Assembly (NCBI GenBank): GCA_013265495.1
Contig: MU058463.1
Location: forward strand, 2,999,523 to 3,063,522
DNA from: Vicugna vicugna
Lineage: Eukaryota
Length of the DNA stretch: 64,000 nt
Direction: 5' to 3'
Position numbers and translations under genes: made by a program
Notes under the pieces: model-generated
The model's input: the letters and a program-made list of their open reading frames with translations, nothing else
Databases searched by the model: none
What the model was told of the DNA's origin: nothing
Part shown: in pieces, positions 12,600 through 24,769 of the stretch
Numbering within the stretch: position 1 is the first letter of the stretch
How the letters are laid out: the number at the start of each line of letters is the position of its first letter

Positions 12600-12932
12600 T
12601 ACTCTGTTCTGAATGTTTGTGTCTTCCCAGAATTCACACGCTGGAATCCTAACACCCAATGTGATGGAGTTAGGAGGTGGGGACTTAGGGAGTGATTAGG
12701 TCATGAGGGTGGTGCTCTCATAAACAGATTAATGTCCTGATAAAAAAGACCCCTAACAGTGCTCTGCAGCCCCTCCCATCATGTGCGGATTAAACAGTAA
12801 GCCGCCCTCACTTGACTATCCTGACACCCAAACCCTGGACTTCCAGCCTCCAGGACTATGAAAAGAAGTTTTTGTTGTTTAAAAGTCACCTAATCCATGG
12901 TATTTTGTTTGCAGTCCAAATAGACTAAGGCA
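12600..12932 (+). mobile_element. MaLR solo LTR (MLT1A-like) with 5-bp TSD
   Basis: GTCATGAGGGTGGTGCTCTCAT...GACTAAGGCA; flanked by GAAGG at 12595-12599 and 12933-12937. Confidence 0.9.
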
Positions 12933-15169
12933 GAAGGACTTGGTGCATTGGCAGAATTTTCATTTTTTGCTGTGTAATCTTTCTGTTATTCAAAAACGCA
13001 ATATGGCAATTAAAAAATTGAAAAGGCTGGAAAAGTTCCAGAAACCACCGAGAGACACTGAGAGTGGTGAGAAGGAGCCAGAGCCACAGACGGCAGCCCA
13101 CAGACAGTGTGCAGACACAGGTAGGAGTGAGGGTTCCGTCTGTGGTGGAGGAATTCGGGATTCTGAATGCATGTGGCAGAGAGGTTTAGGGCAGATTAAC
13201 TGGGTGGTTCACTGGTTCAAGGGCTTATTCTCTTAGATAATTTCTAAATTACAATTTCTATAACAAAGTAAATTACAACTTAAGTTCCGGATGTTGGTCT
13301 GTAAAGAATATACGCACTAAGTAAATGTTAAGAATAACTGATGTTAATAATATTTTGAAAGTTTATCTGGGAAAATATATGCTACCTCTTAAATATAAAA
13401 GCTCTGTTGGCCTGAGAAGTGGAGTCTTCTGAAAATTTGCAAAAAAGAAAAATGTTTTGTGTGAAGTTAAAGCTATCATTCCACCATCTCTGGGTGTTTT
13501 CATAAACTGGGGTCTTCATAACAGGACGTGAGGCATGTTGCCTGACATACGTGGAATGAGACTGTTGAGATCATGTTGATCCAGGCTTTATTGCTTTGAG
13601 GTAATGGATTTACCCTGATCTGCTTATGTCCTCTTATTTGGGAGAGTTCATTTGTGATCAAATAAATCTCTAAAATATCTGGCCAAAAGTAGTGGGGCAG
13701 TTTTAGATGTGAAACAAACTAAATGCATGAGAATGAAATTTAGAAGTTTATGGAATCTTTTTCACTTAAAATTCTACAGGAAGGCTTTCTGATTTGTAAC
13801 CCCTTTATGGGGACCCCTGGGTTTTATACCTAATTGGACATATTAAAATACAGACATACATACCACATTTACAAGCATATAATTGCTGTATATTTTTGGC
13901 AATGGGAGATTGCCTGATGTGTGGCGCTGGAGCACTTATTCAAAGGACCATCCCATGCTTTTGTGTGTAATGGCCTAGAGAAAGATGACCTGGTTTTGAT
14001 TTTCACCACGGTTGTCCTGAGTTAAAACCATGTGACAACTGAATTTGTATTTAGCTCTTTCCATCCTCCTTTCCTGACTCCCTCCCTCTCATCCACTCCA
14101 CCTTATGGTCTTTGATTACTTAGTATTTTCAAGCTGTTTACTGGTTGTTAAGAATCTTCCAGGAAAGCATCACCACTCAGCCTGCCCTCTTTCCCAGGGC
14201 CCTATGTGCCTCCTCTTTTCCTCTGCCCCATCCCGGAGGATCTGCCCTGTGTCTCATTCTCAGTGTTCTTCGAGGGTGAGAGCAATATGATTTATTTATT
14301 TTTTTAAATATGAGCCATCAAGTTCACCTGCAGTGGTTAGTAGTGTGGGAGTTTGCTCTTTCAGGATTGATGGGGGAGATACTTTAGGGTTAGAGAGTGA
14401 TCTGGCTTTATGTTTGTCATGTCTGTGAATCCAAATACTTCCTTAACACTTCTGGCATAACTCAGAAGTGTGGCTGGGAGTCAGGCAGGGAGGGGCAGCT
14501 GATTTCCTAGAGATCATGGTGCTCCCTCCCTCAAATGGTGCTTTTCACAAACACTTGCAATGTAATAGTCACTGAGATGGTGACTTTCATTACCGTGATT
14601 AAAAGAATTTAGAGAAAGCAGAGTGGTAGAGAGGAAGTCAACAGGCTGTAGACGGTCTATGCTCTTGGTTCCTCCTTAGCCAAGTGGTCCCTCCCCTCCA
14701 GGCCTCACCCTGAGGCTGGCTCCCCCTGGTGTTAGAACCTGGATCGGTAACCTGCCCATAGAGCTGAAGAGAGCTCGAGTTGTTTGAGAACTCCTGTGAC
14801 TGCTAAAACATTCACATCTGGTGTTTGTCAGTTTGGGGGTAAAATCCACTGACTAGGAAAGACTATCTTTTAATACATTTGTGTTGGCAGAATTTGATCT
14901 CTGTTGACAGAGAAGAGGCATTTTTAAGCTTTCTCACGTTGCCGAGGAACTATTGACTTTAGAAGGAGCACCGGGTCTCTGGATAATTCTGGATCTGGAT
15001 ACTCATCTAACAGATTTGAACTGAGCACCTGTTGAGTTAATATCCTAAAGTGAGAGATGAGAAAAAGAGGCCCAAGCATTTAAGAAGCTTACACTGTAGA
15101 GGCACCAAAGTCCTTGGTAAAATTTAAATCACTCTGCAGGTTAGTTACTAGTTATAATTTACTATATGT

Positions 15170-15560
15170 ACTCATCCAGTACATATTGAACAAGCACCTG
15201 CTGTTTCCTAAGCACTGTGCTGGGTGCTGAGGATACTGGAGGGTATAAAGGTGCATGAGATGCAGTCTCTGTGCTTAAGGAGTTCGTCATATGGGATAGA
15301 CAGTTACGTTAAAAAATAGTCAAAATGTCAGGAATTAAACTCCACAAGGTACAAAGTGCTTCGGATTCATTAAGAAGGGGACTTATGCTAATTGCTTGTG
15401 AAGGTGTAGGCAGGCCTCTGCTGAGGAGATGGTGTGTGATTTGAGTTTGAAGGCTGAGAGGGAATCCATAAGGTGGAAGGCAGTCTGAGTAGATGGTACA
15501 GGTAGAAATTTGAAGGCAGGGAGAGCCAAGGTTAGAGGGAATTTCCAAGGTCTGGAATGC
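15170..15560 (-). mobile_element. L2 fragment
   Basis: CAAGCACCTGCTGTTTCCTAAGCACTGTGCTGGGTGCTGAGGATAC...GCAGTCTCTGTGCTTAAGGAG. Confidence 0.7.
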
Positions 15561-17279
15561 TGTGAATATGCTCATGGTCAAGGGCAGATGAGAATAACTT
15601 TGCACAAAAGACTCACCTAACTAGGTAATTCTCCTGCAAGGAACACAATGGGCCAGTTCTCTTCTTTCACGTCTGGGCTGAGTCTGGTCATAATACCTTC
15701 ACAGGTAGCCTGCTCACTCTGCTTACTAGAATGCCAACAATATCACTGCACTTGCATAAAATGTCTCTCTTTCAAAATGTGTCAACAGATCAAGTGTAGT
15801 ACAGCAGTAATGTGTGATGAATAATGTATAATATAATAAATAAAATAGAACATATTTGTATTAATGTAGTATGAAATTATCTCTTTAGAGGAGAGATGAT
15901 ACCAACTAGTCAAGTTCTCAATATGCCCAAGGTATGTAAGTACTTGTATGCCCATAAGTATAGCAATTTTATCTCTACATTATCTTTTTAAAACATAACT
16001 CCTGAAATTCCAGCTACATTCCTTTTCTGCACCATTATTCCTTGGAGGGCTGGATATAGAAATTCAAGGGCACATTTTGCTCAGAGAATTGAAAAAATCC
16101 CATGCATTGGCACATTGACATTCCACCCAGCAAATTATGATGGATTGGTGAATGTGAATTCAAGTTGTTACACAGAAATGTCTGCAGAGATTTGCAATCT
16201 ATTTTGATGGCCCTGAATGTCACACTTCTTTTCCTTTAGAAAAAAATAATCCTGTCATTCAACACCTGTAAAATTTGGGTCTTTAACGTTCTGGGGTCTT
16301 GTGACTTAGTACTTGGCACAACTGGAGTTTCCCATTTCTTCTCTTAAGCTGCAGTCTTTACCTTTCATTTCTTCAAACTCACAATCAATGAGTCTCTGTC
16401 ATTGGTATTCTCTCCTCATACCCCTATTCCACTTTGTCATTGTGACCCTATCATCCCAGGACTTTTTTACCTACAGTTTGCCCCTTAAGATCCCCGAATT
16501 TCCTTTCGTCCATATTTTTCCATTCATTTCCCTTTCGATCTCATGGTTTCATAGACCCTGAACTCCTCTGCTTTCTCATCATCCACTAATTAGCATGTCT
16601 CCATGGTAACAGACAGTTGCAGAGCGGGAATCATTCTCTGTACCAGCTACTGCTGAGTAACCTCTGGGCCTAGCAAGGAGGGGCCTTGACCTGATTAAGA
16701 TAGGAAGACTCTTCTCTTCTTGGCAGGAGAGGATCCATACATTTCAGAGAAGGCCCTGTTTCCTAGGGGAAAGAATAAGTCAATTTGGTCGAAAAGGAGT
16801 GTACACTTGGACTCAGGCATGCAAAATCAAAGTATGAAATAAACTAAGAAAATATTTTTTAAAAAGTCAGAAAAATATCTAATGCTGATGCTCTGCTGCT
16901 GGTTTGTAAAGATTAGCAGGGCTTTGATTGGGAAGATGCTATGAAGCAACCAATAGCAAATATTTGGTAGCATTTACCTTCTAATTTTACATGTATGATT
17001 CAGTAAGTGTGCACCTTGGGGCTGAGTTTAAGACAGAGAACACTGCTACTCCCAGGTTTAAGAGGTTTATTTATCATTCTTTTAAAATCTTATGTTCACT
17101 ATTTTAAACTATATATCAACTCATAATCATATATTGTCTAAGCAAGTGTAACTATGTTAATTATTGTAGTTTACTGTTGCATTCTTTTTGGGGGAGGTGT
17201 AAGTGATAAAGCATTATATAGTGCATGTAGGAACATCTTTCCTGTATATCTCCCTATGGCTCAGAGTCTAGGAAAGATA

Positions 17280-17515
17280 TTAGTTATAATTTATTGAGCA
17301 CCTATTATGAATTAAGTGCCAGATGAAGTAATTTGCATATCTCATCTCTAAACCTCGTAACAGCTTTTCAAGGTAAGGTACTATTGTTTCCATCTTGTGC
17401 ATGAAGATGCTGAGATTCACAGAGGTTAAGTAAGGTTCCCAAGGTCAAAAAGTGAGTAAGAGCCTGGGATGGAAATCCCAGATAACTGAAACCAAGTCTG
17501 GGTACAGGTATGCAT
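17280..17515 (-). mobile_element. MIR SINE
   Basis: GATGCTGAGATTCACAGAGGTTAAGTAAGGTTCCCAAGGTCA, the reverse MIR core. Confidence 0.8.
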
Positions 17516-18286
17516 TACTTGTGCATTCCTACTTAAGGATGTTTGGACGAGGACCTGAAAGCCATATAGATGCCAAAGTGTAGACTCCTAGTTTCACAGG
17601 AAATCCTTGATCAGTAAGAAAGGGAGGCTGAATTTTGAGGTCTCCTGTGTTGGAAGCTGCAGTAGTTGAGAGAATAAAGGTCTGAAGCTACAGATGATTT
17701 TTACTGGATGTCAGGGAACGAACTGTTTTATCAACATGTGGCAACTGGAAGAATAGGAGTTTATTGCTTGAAAGCATGTCGGTCATGATTTAAGTTTGTG
17801 TAACTGGCTGGAAACATTTTGTCATCTGACCTAGAAATGTGGGCATGATGTTGCGATCCTGGGAATGCTGCTCTTGGTGAGTGGGGATGGAGAACTTGTA
17901 TTTGCTGGAAGAATGCTAACCTTTCATCCTCTTCCCTCCTTGATCTTTATGATGAAAAACATTCTTTTTTTTCAAATTTGAGTGCAATGTTACCAATATG
18001 TATATTGCATTTCATCAAAGGTCAACTTACATCTCAAATTTGATTGAAACACTGAAGAAAATACCCTTCATTCAGCCTGTGAACAAATGTCTGATAATCT
18101 AAGAGGGGGGAAATACATAGATTGATTGACTTATACATGCCAATTACTGAGCAAAGTGCTTTCATATGCAATTGATGGTGGCTATGAGGGTATGCCTCTC
18201 TGATTTTTTTTAAACAGGGGGTGTAATTAACTGGCCCCAGCCCAGTGATGGGCTCCAAAATCCATCACTAAGTCTGTATGGAAGCC

Positions 18287-18309
18287 TAAAGGGTTCTGGT
18301 CATCAATTC

Positions 18310-18346
<37 letters not shown>

Positions 18347-19117
18347 GGGGGTGTCTCCCATACCACCAAGCAATTCTTGAATACCAGCTGGGGTGTCCTA
18401 TAATTCAGCTCAATTCTGACACTGTGTACTTGGAGATACTTATCAGATCTCACAGGTTAAGGGCTCAGTCTTTCAAAACTGCCACTGCCTTCAGATGCCA
18501 GTTGAAAGCCCAGGTGGTTAACCTTACTTCTGATCAATTGTCTATAAATCGGAATTTCCAATGACTCCCCCTCTTTGGTTTTGATTAATTAGCTAGAGTG
18601 GCTCACAGGTATGAGAGAAACATTTTACTTCTTAGATTATCGATTTATTATAAAAGGATGTAGCTCAGGAACAGCCAGATGGAAGAGAAGCACAGGTCAA
18701 GGTGTGGGGAAAGGGTGTGGAGCTTCCATGCCTTCTCCACGCATACCACCCTCCTGGCATCTCCATGTTCACCAAGTCAGAAACTCTCTGAACCCTGGCT
18801 TTTGTGATTTTTATGGAGGCTTCATTACATAGGCTCAAATGATGAAATCATCAGCCATTGGCAATTGATCTCAATTTCCAGCCCTTTTCTTCTCCTGGGT
18901 AAATGGGTCAGAAATTTCCAACCCTCTAATTGCAAGGTTTCTTGGAACCATGCCCCTCTCTTTGGGGGACCGAGGGGCATAGCAAGTCACCTCATTAACA
19001 TATCAAAAGACACCTGCATGGCTCTTATCACTTAGGAAATTCCAAGAGTTTTGGGAGTTCTGTGCCAGAAATGAGACACAGATCACATATATATTTTTTA
19101 TCATAAATCACATCACA
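18287..19117 (-). mobile_element. MER21-like solo LTR with 5-bp TSD AAGCC
   Basis: Minus strand begins TGTGATGTGATTTATG...TTCTGGCACAGAACTCCCAAAACTCTTGGAATTTCCTAAGTGATAAGAG; AAGCC at 18282-18286 and 19118-19122. Confidence 0.85.
18311..18344. repeat. (TG)n microsatellite
   Basis: About 17 uninterrupted TG units near the LTR end. Confidence 0.95.
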
Positions 19118-19449
19118 AAGCCACACTTCCATGGGCTGTTCCCAGCCAATGGTTGAGTGTGTAGGGATACCAAGGAAGATCTGTTTCTGGGAGAAGAGGC
19201 ATGTTCTCTGAAGAGCCACTAAAGCTTGAGTACTCACCCCCCACGGCCTTCCTGAAATTTCTTAGATCTACAGTCAAGACTCTTCCACCTAGTTTTCTGT
19301 CTCTTCCCTCTCTCCTTCAGGTGCCAGATGGCACTGTGGTCTGAAGGCTTTTCCTACCTCCCCCTGTTCCCTCCTCATGTTACCCCTAGATGTTTCCCTT
19401 AATGGACTTTCCTGATGCTTGCTTCTTAGAGGATTTACATCAACATGCT

Positions 19450-20207
19450 GTCTATTTTAATCTCTCCAATCTTATGAGCTATTTATGATGATAAGAAATA
19501 GAGCCTCAGGGCATCATCAAAAATTCTACAAATAATAAATGCTGGAGAGGGTGTGGAGAAAAAGGAACCCTCCTACGCTGTTGGTGGGAATGTAAATTGG
19601 TGCAGCCACTATGGAAGACATTATGGAGGTTCCTTGAAAAAATTAAAATAGAGTTACCATATAATAATCCAGCAATCTCACTCCTGGGTATGTATTTGGA
19701 GAAAACTCTAATTCTGAAAGACACATACACCCTATGTTCATAGCAGCACTATTTACAATGGCCAAGACATGGAAGCATCCTAAATGTACATTGACAGATG
19801 ATTGGATAAAGAAGTTGTGATATATGTACACAGTGGAATACTACTCAGCCATAAAAATAATGAAATAATGCCATTTGCAGCCACGTGGTTATACCTAGAG
19901 ATTATCGTACTAAGTGAAGTGTAAGTCAGACAGAGAAAGACAAATACCATATGATGTCATTTGTAAGTAGAATCTAAAAAGTGATACAAATGAACTTACT
20001 GACAAAACAGAAACAGACTCACAGACATAGAAAACAAGCTTACCAAAGGGGAAAAGGGAAGGAGGGATAAATTAGGAGTTTGGGATTAGCACATACAAAC
20101 TACTATATACAAAACAGATAAACAACAAGGACCTACTGTATAGCACAGAGAACTATATTCAATATCTTGTAATAAACTATAATGGAAAAGAATCTGAAAA
20201 GGAATAT

Positions 20208-20251
<44 letters not shown>

Positions 20252-20430
20252 AAAATAAATGAATCACTGTGCTGCACACCAGAAACTAAAACAATATTAT
20301 GTATCAACTATACTTCAATTTAAAAAATAAGAAAAGAAATAGAGTCAGGGAGTTTGAAGGAATTAACTCTGGTCACCCAGCTAATCACAGAGGGCTTCAA
20401 GCCCAGCTCTGTCTGCTGGCACAGGCTGTT
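19450..20430 (-). mobile_element. MIR SINE split by an L1 insertion
   Basis: TTTAATCTC...GATGATAAGAAATAGAGCCTCAGGG | AGTTTGAAGG...GGTCACCCAGCTAAT...TTCAAGCCCAG. Confidence 0.7.
19512..20333 (+). mobile_element. 5'-truncated cetartiodactyl-type L1 (ORF2 end, 3' UTR, A-rich tail) with TSD
   Basis: AATAAATGCTGGAGAGGGTGTGGAGAAAAAGGAACCCTCC...AACTATACTTCAATTTAAAAAA; TSD AAGAAATAGAG(CC)TCAGGG at 19493-19511 and 20334-20350; internal (TG)n at ~20213-20243. Confidence 0.95.
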
Positions 20431-21619
20431 GACTCCTCCCATGGCTTCACGCTGTCTGGAATGTCTTTTTGTACCACCCCTACTTTCCCTGTTGACAGGT
20501 TCTATGGTGAAAACAGGAACAAGTAAAAATTATCCTAAAGCTCCCTGCCAAAAGACAACAACAACAAAAGATCCAGAAGGCAAGTTGCTGATAGAAAATG
20601 TGCACTTTTTCTATAGTAACTTAGACTTTAAGCTTTCTCATATGTGTCACTGACAAGGAGCTGTCTGGCAACATGAATATGTTGTTTTTCTCTTTTTTCC
20701 TCCACCGCCCCTTTTTTAGGTAAATCAGAGCTGCAAGGGCTGGCTCTGTTTTTCAGAGATAACGTGTGAATTTGTGGCATTCCCTGTGGAGCCTGAGGTC
20801 TAGGAACCAATGAAGAGATCACAATGAAACAAGAGCATTATATTTGCAAGTGCTAGAGTGATTATGTCGGAAAGTCTTAGCTTTATTTAAAAGGCAGCTT
20901 TTTTCCTTTGGATGAGGCAGTAGTGTGCGATTTCCAAAGGCGAGAAAGCCTTCGTAGCCTGAATAAAAGCTGAGTGCAGAGTGGGGTTGCAGCTGCTCGT
21001 GGTCGTCGGAGGCCAGGCGAAAGCCACGGGTGCCAGCCTCAGGGAAGCCTCTGGATTGGATTCCCAGGGTGCGGAGAACCCCGTGGGGAAATGAAGAAAC
21101 AAAGGGAGAATTTTATTATTTTTTAATTCTCCTTCCCTTTTTTTAATTCGAGCCCAAACAGTACAAGTTATTGCAATTCATTCTTGAACCTGGCAAAGGT
21201 TCAAGATGGCCAGGCAGCCTTAGGACCTTCACCTGAATGGCTTATTGAAAGATGCCGTGTCTGAAGCCTTTGGTGGCAGGAAAAAGAACATTGACTCATC
21301 TCCCTCTTTACTTTGCAGGGCACCCTTTCTGTGACTGGGGGAACTTGACCCTTCTCGGAGCTGCGCGGCTGGTGTTGGGGGTGGGACATGGTCATGTATG
21401 GATCCTGGTGCTGATCCCGTCTCTTTGTTTCTCAGGGCTCCAGACAAGGGCAGGGGCCTTGATCATCATCTGATTCTGTTCTGCACGTGAGTCTCCCAGC
21501 GAATCTTAGCTCTGAGATGGAGGCCTCTGCTGTTGGTCTTACTCTGCCTCTACGTTCCTTTCAGCTGGGTAGTGTCTTGTTTCCCTCTCCAGCTTCATCT
21601 CCCATGGCTTCTTCACATC

Positions 21620-21870
21620 AAAACAAAGTGCTTTCTATTCCAGAAGCTTTCACACCCCCTTATACCATATGCCTTTGCTCGTGCTGTTTCTTCTGCCAGT
21701 AGTGCCCACTGCCCCTCCCCAACTCTGATATTCTTTGCCTAGTTGGTGCAAATCTAATTCCATTAGGCCTGTGATCAAAGGGAACCTCCTCAGTGAAGCC
21801 TTCCTTGACTTCTTCAAACTCAATTAATTACTTCATTCTCTGCACATTTCAGTAATTTTGTTGAGCTGAA
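21620..21870 (+). mobile_element. L2 fragment
   Basis: GCCTTTGCTCGTGCTGTTTCTTCTGCC...ACCTCCTCAGTGAAGCCTTCCTTGAC. Confidence 0.65.
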
Positions 21871-22561
21871 ATTAATTTTGCTTCTCTCTGAAGATACAGA
21901 TTCAAATTCAACAAATTACCTCTGAGGGACCACTAAGTGCCTGGTGCTGGAATGATCACTTTCATATATAATATTTCTTGAAGTTTTACTTGGCAAAAAG
22001 TACTAGAGAAGGAGATGATTCTTCTGGGTTGGAATGGACTAGTATGGCATTCTGAAATTACCAAACTCTTAACTTTTAAGAAGGGATTGAGCTTAGAAAT
22101 GAAGGACATTTTCAGTCACTGCCCAATATGAGAACAAAACACCAGCAAAATTCTTGCTTTTTAAGGTCTCTGATTTCCTCACAGCTTTTTGAGAAATATT
22201 CTAGAAAATTATGAACTTCCCTTTAAGTGACCCGCTGCCACTCTAGGGCACTTGTTAATAATCTCTCAGTCTGTTCTCTCTGGAAGTGATATTTTCATGT
22301 CTGAGACAGGAACTCCTCAATCTCAGTCAGTCCTTGTAAGGTGGTGGGTAACAGCCTGCTTATCTGTACAGAGCAGGAAGGACCACTATTTAATGCTGAG
22401 AGGAATTTTGATCCACTTCCACTCTGCCCCAAGCCATGAGGAACAGGCGATCAGCTCCATGAAACAATCAGCAATCTAAAAAACAGCTTCTAGTTTTCAC
22501 TAATATGACTGTCAAAAAATCTTTGAAATTGACAACTCTTCTTTTAATTAATAACATAGAG

Positions 22562-22782
22562 CCCAGGCTGGTAAACTACAGCTTATGAGCCAAACTCATC
22601 CTGCTGCTTGTTTTTGTAAATAAAGTTTTATTGGAACATAGACATGACATTTGTTTACTTATTGTCCCTTTACTCTTTTCATGTTTTAACGGTAGAGCTA
22701 AGTAGTCGCAAGAGAAGCCGTATGGCCCACAAAGACTGAAATATGAACTATCTGGTCCTCTGTAGAAGTTTGCTGACCCTTG
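22562..22782 (+). mobile_element. MER58A-like hAT-Charlie MITE
   Basis: GTTTTTGTAAATAAAGTTTTATTGGAACA...AAGTTTGCTGACCCTTG; degenerate 8-bp TSD ACATAGAG / ACATAGCA. Confidence 0.9.
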
Positions 22783-23489
22783 ACATAGCAATCTGAGATT
22801 CTGCCAGAAACCATAAATGCAAACTCTCCAACATCCAGTTCTCATCAAAAGCCTGATTGTGAGCATGTATTTCTCTTGGATTTGGTATCAGGAAATCTGT
22901 GTTTCTTCCTGAGCCACTAGTGAGTTTGAGATAATAATAAATCTATTATCTAGACTTGACTTCTAATGTGTCTGCCTCTGCCTCCTGGTTTAAAATTTCT
23001 TTGGAGGATTACTGTGTCATAAGGTACTTTGCATGTAGAACATAATAAATACTTGGGATTTTTCGTTTGCTTGGGTTTTCTTTGTTTATTTGGTAGCAAG
23101 TTAGTTTTAGAAATTATTTTAAAGATCAGCACATTTTCAACTTAAATTAATTGGCTGCTATTAGTATAAATCAATATCTGCAAGATGCCTAAAGTTGATT
23201 CCTTGGTTGAAAAATTCACCTAGTTTTCATGCTTTTATTAATAAAAACAATGATGATAATTGTTACTGTTTATTAAATGCCTAGTGTTTACCTGATGCTT
23301 TATGTACATGGTTGGACTTAGTCCTCATGATGGTGTTTAGTAGTCTTGATATTCCCATTTCACAAGATCGTGACAATGAGACTCAGACACATGTTGCTTG
23401 CAGGGAGTGTACTGAGTTTTGGTGGCTGATGCCTGCAGGAGCCTGGCAGGCGATGTCAGTGAATGAAGCAGGAGGGTGTCATAGAGTGT

Positions 23490-23728
23490 GGAGTCCCAAG
23501 GGTCAATGAGCACATGTTGTGTCTAAAGAGGCAGCCGCTACTCCCCCGCCCCCAGCCACCTGCTGCTATATTCAAATGTCAGCTCCCTGTTGCTTGACTT
23601 TCCAACTTTTCACAAACTAGGAATCCAGACTTTCAGTGAAATATTTTAATTTTGAAAAACACTGTTCAGACATGATGGGCTATGCTGCGGTCAGATTTAG
23701 CACTTGGGCCAGCAGTTTTCAAACTCTG
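23490..23728. mobile_element. hAT-Charlie-type DNA transposon fragment
   Basis: GGAATCCAGACTTT...AAAAACACTG...GGGCCAGCAGTTTTCAAACTCTG, a Charlie-like terminus. Confidence 0.55.
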
Positions 23729-24769
23729 GGTTAAGACCGCAGGTGGTGGGGCAAACTGCTTGGATCTGAATCCCAACTTCACTACGTGCTCTTTTACTTT
23801 GAGCACTGGAACCTCTCCAAGGCTCAGTTGTCATCAAGTGAGACTAATAGTACTATGACTGACACCTAAGAAGTCCAGGAGCGGGGAATGCAAGAACACA
23901 CCCGCCAGTAACAGAGGTACTGCAACAATCAGAAACATCGATTTCAATTATATTTGACTTGATAAATTTTGGTGAAGTGTTCAGTTCATGCCTGTCACAT
24001 AGAACATACTCATTAAATGACTATATGTTCATTAGGATTATGGCTAATGAACACAGAGCTAGTAATTTCACATTTGGTAATTTGTCACTAGATCTTTATA
24101 ACTGCAAAACCACAACCTTTTCTCCCAGTGTAATTGTGTTTCTCATAACTCGGTGTTTTGTTTTGTTCCTATTTCCAGTTTTCCAGTTGTTTATCATAAT
24201 AGAAACAGACCAACAAATTTATGATCTATAAAAATAATATAAACCTACTATAAACAGATTATATAAGTGTTTTTTTGCTGATAAAGTATAACTAACTGAA
24301 CAAAGTATTGCTTTCAATTTTGCTCAAGAAGTTCTTTTTAAGATTCTTTCTATCCCCTCTTATTTTAAAAAGCTAAATTCCTTTTATAAATGCACATACA
24401 GCTCTCATTGATTTCAAAGGGTGTCAAGAATCCAGGGATGGAATCTAGCCTCAAGAGTTTGAATTTTCTGTTTGTTTACAGCAGGAGATAATAAAAATGG
24501 TATGTTTGCTTAGAGTTTATCAGCATTAAGTATTCTTGCTAGCAGGATCATGCACAGACTGAAGTTAAGAGAACAGAGTTTCTGCATTTCACTAGTAAAC
24601 CTGAAGATGCTTTCTTGTAGGTGAGCAAGTATAGCTTTTAGAATCAAAGATAGCAAGTGATACTGACTAGGAGGAAGAGTTTCATTGGGGTGAGAAGGGG
24701 AGTCAGATATGCTGCACAGCAGATAAATAGCTCTTTACCTATATCTTTTCATCTGACTGATATTTTTAA

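Larger units (their letters stand above)
18220..19445 (+). mobile_element. LTR16-like ERVL LTR, interrupted at 18287-19117
   Basis: Rejoined halves read GGAAGCCACACTTCCATGGGCTGTTCCCAGCCAATG; 3' end TGCTTCTTAGAGGATTTACATCAACA. Confidence 0.7.

Noticed and set aside
19290..19330. Polypyrimidine-CAG|GTGCCA juxtaposition
   Set aside because: Poor donor and lies inside the LTR16-like element
20913..20934. TGAGGCAGTAG, let-7-like 5' sequence
   Set aside because: Seed mismatch, divergent 3' half, and it falls in a loop rather than an arm of a long pre-miRNA stem
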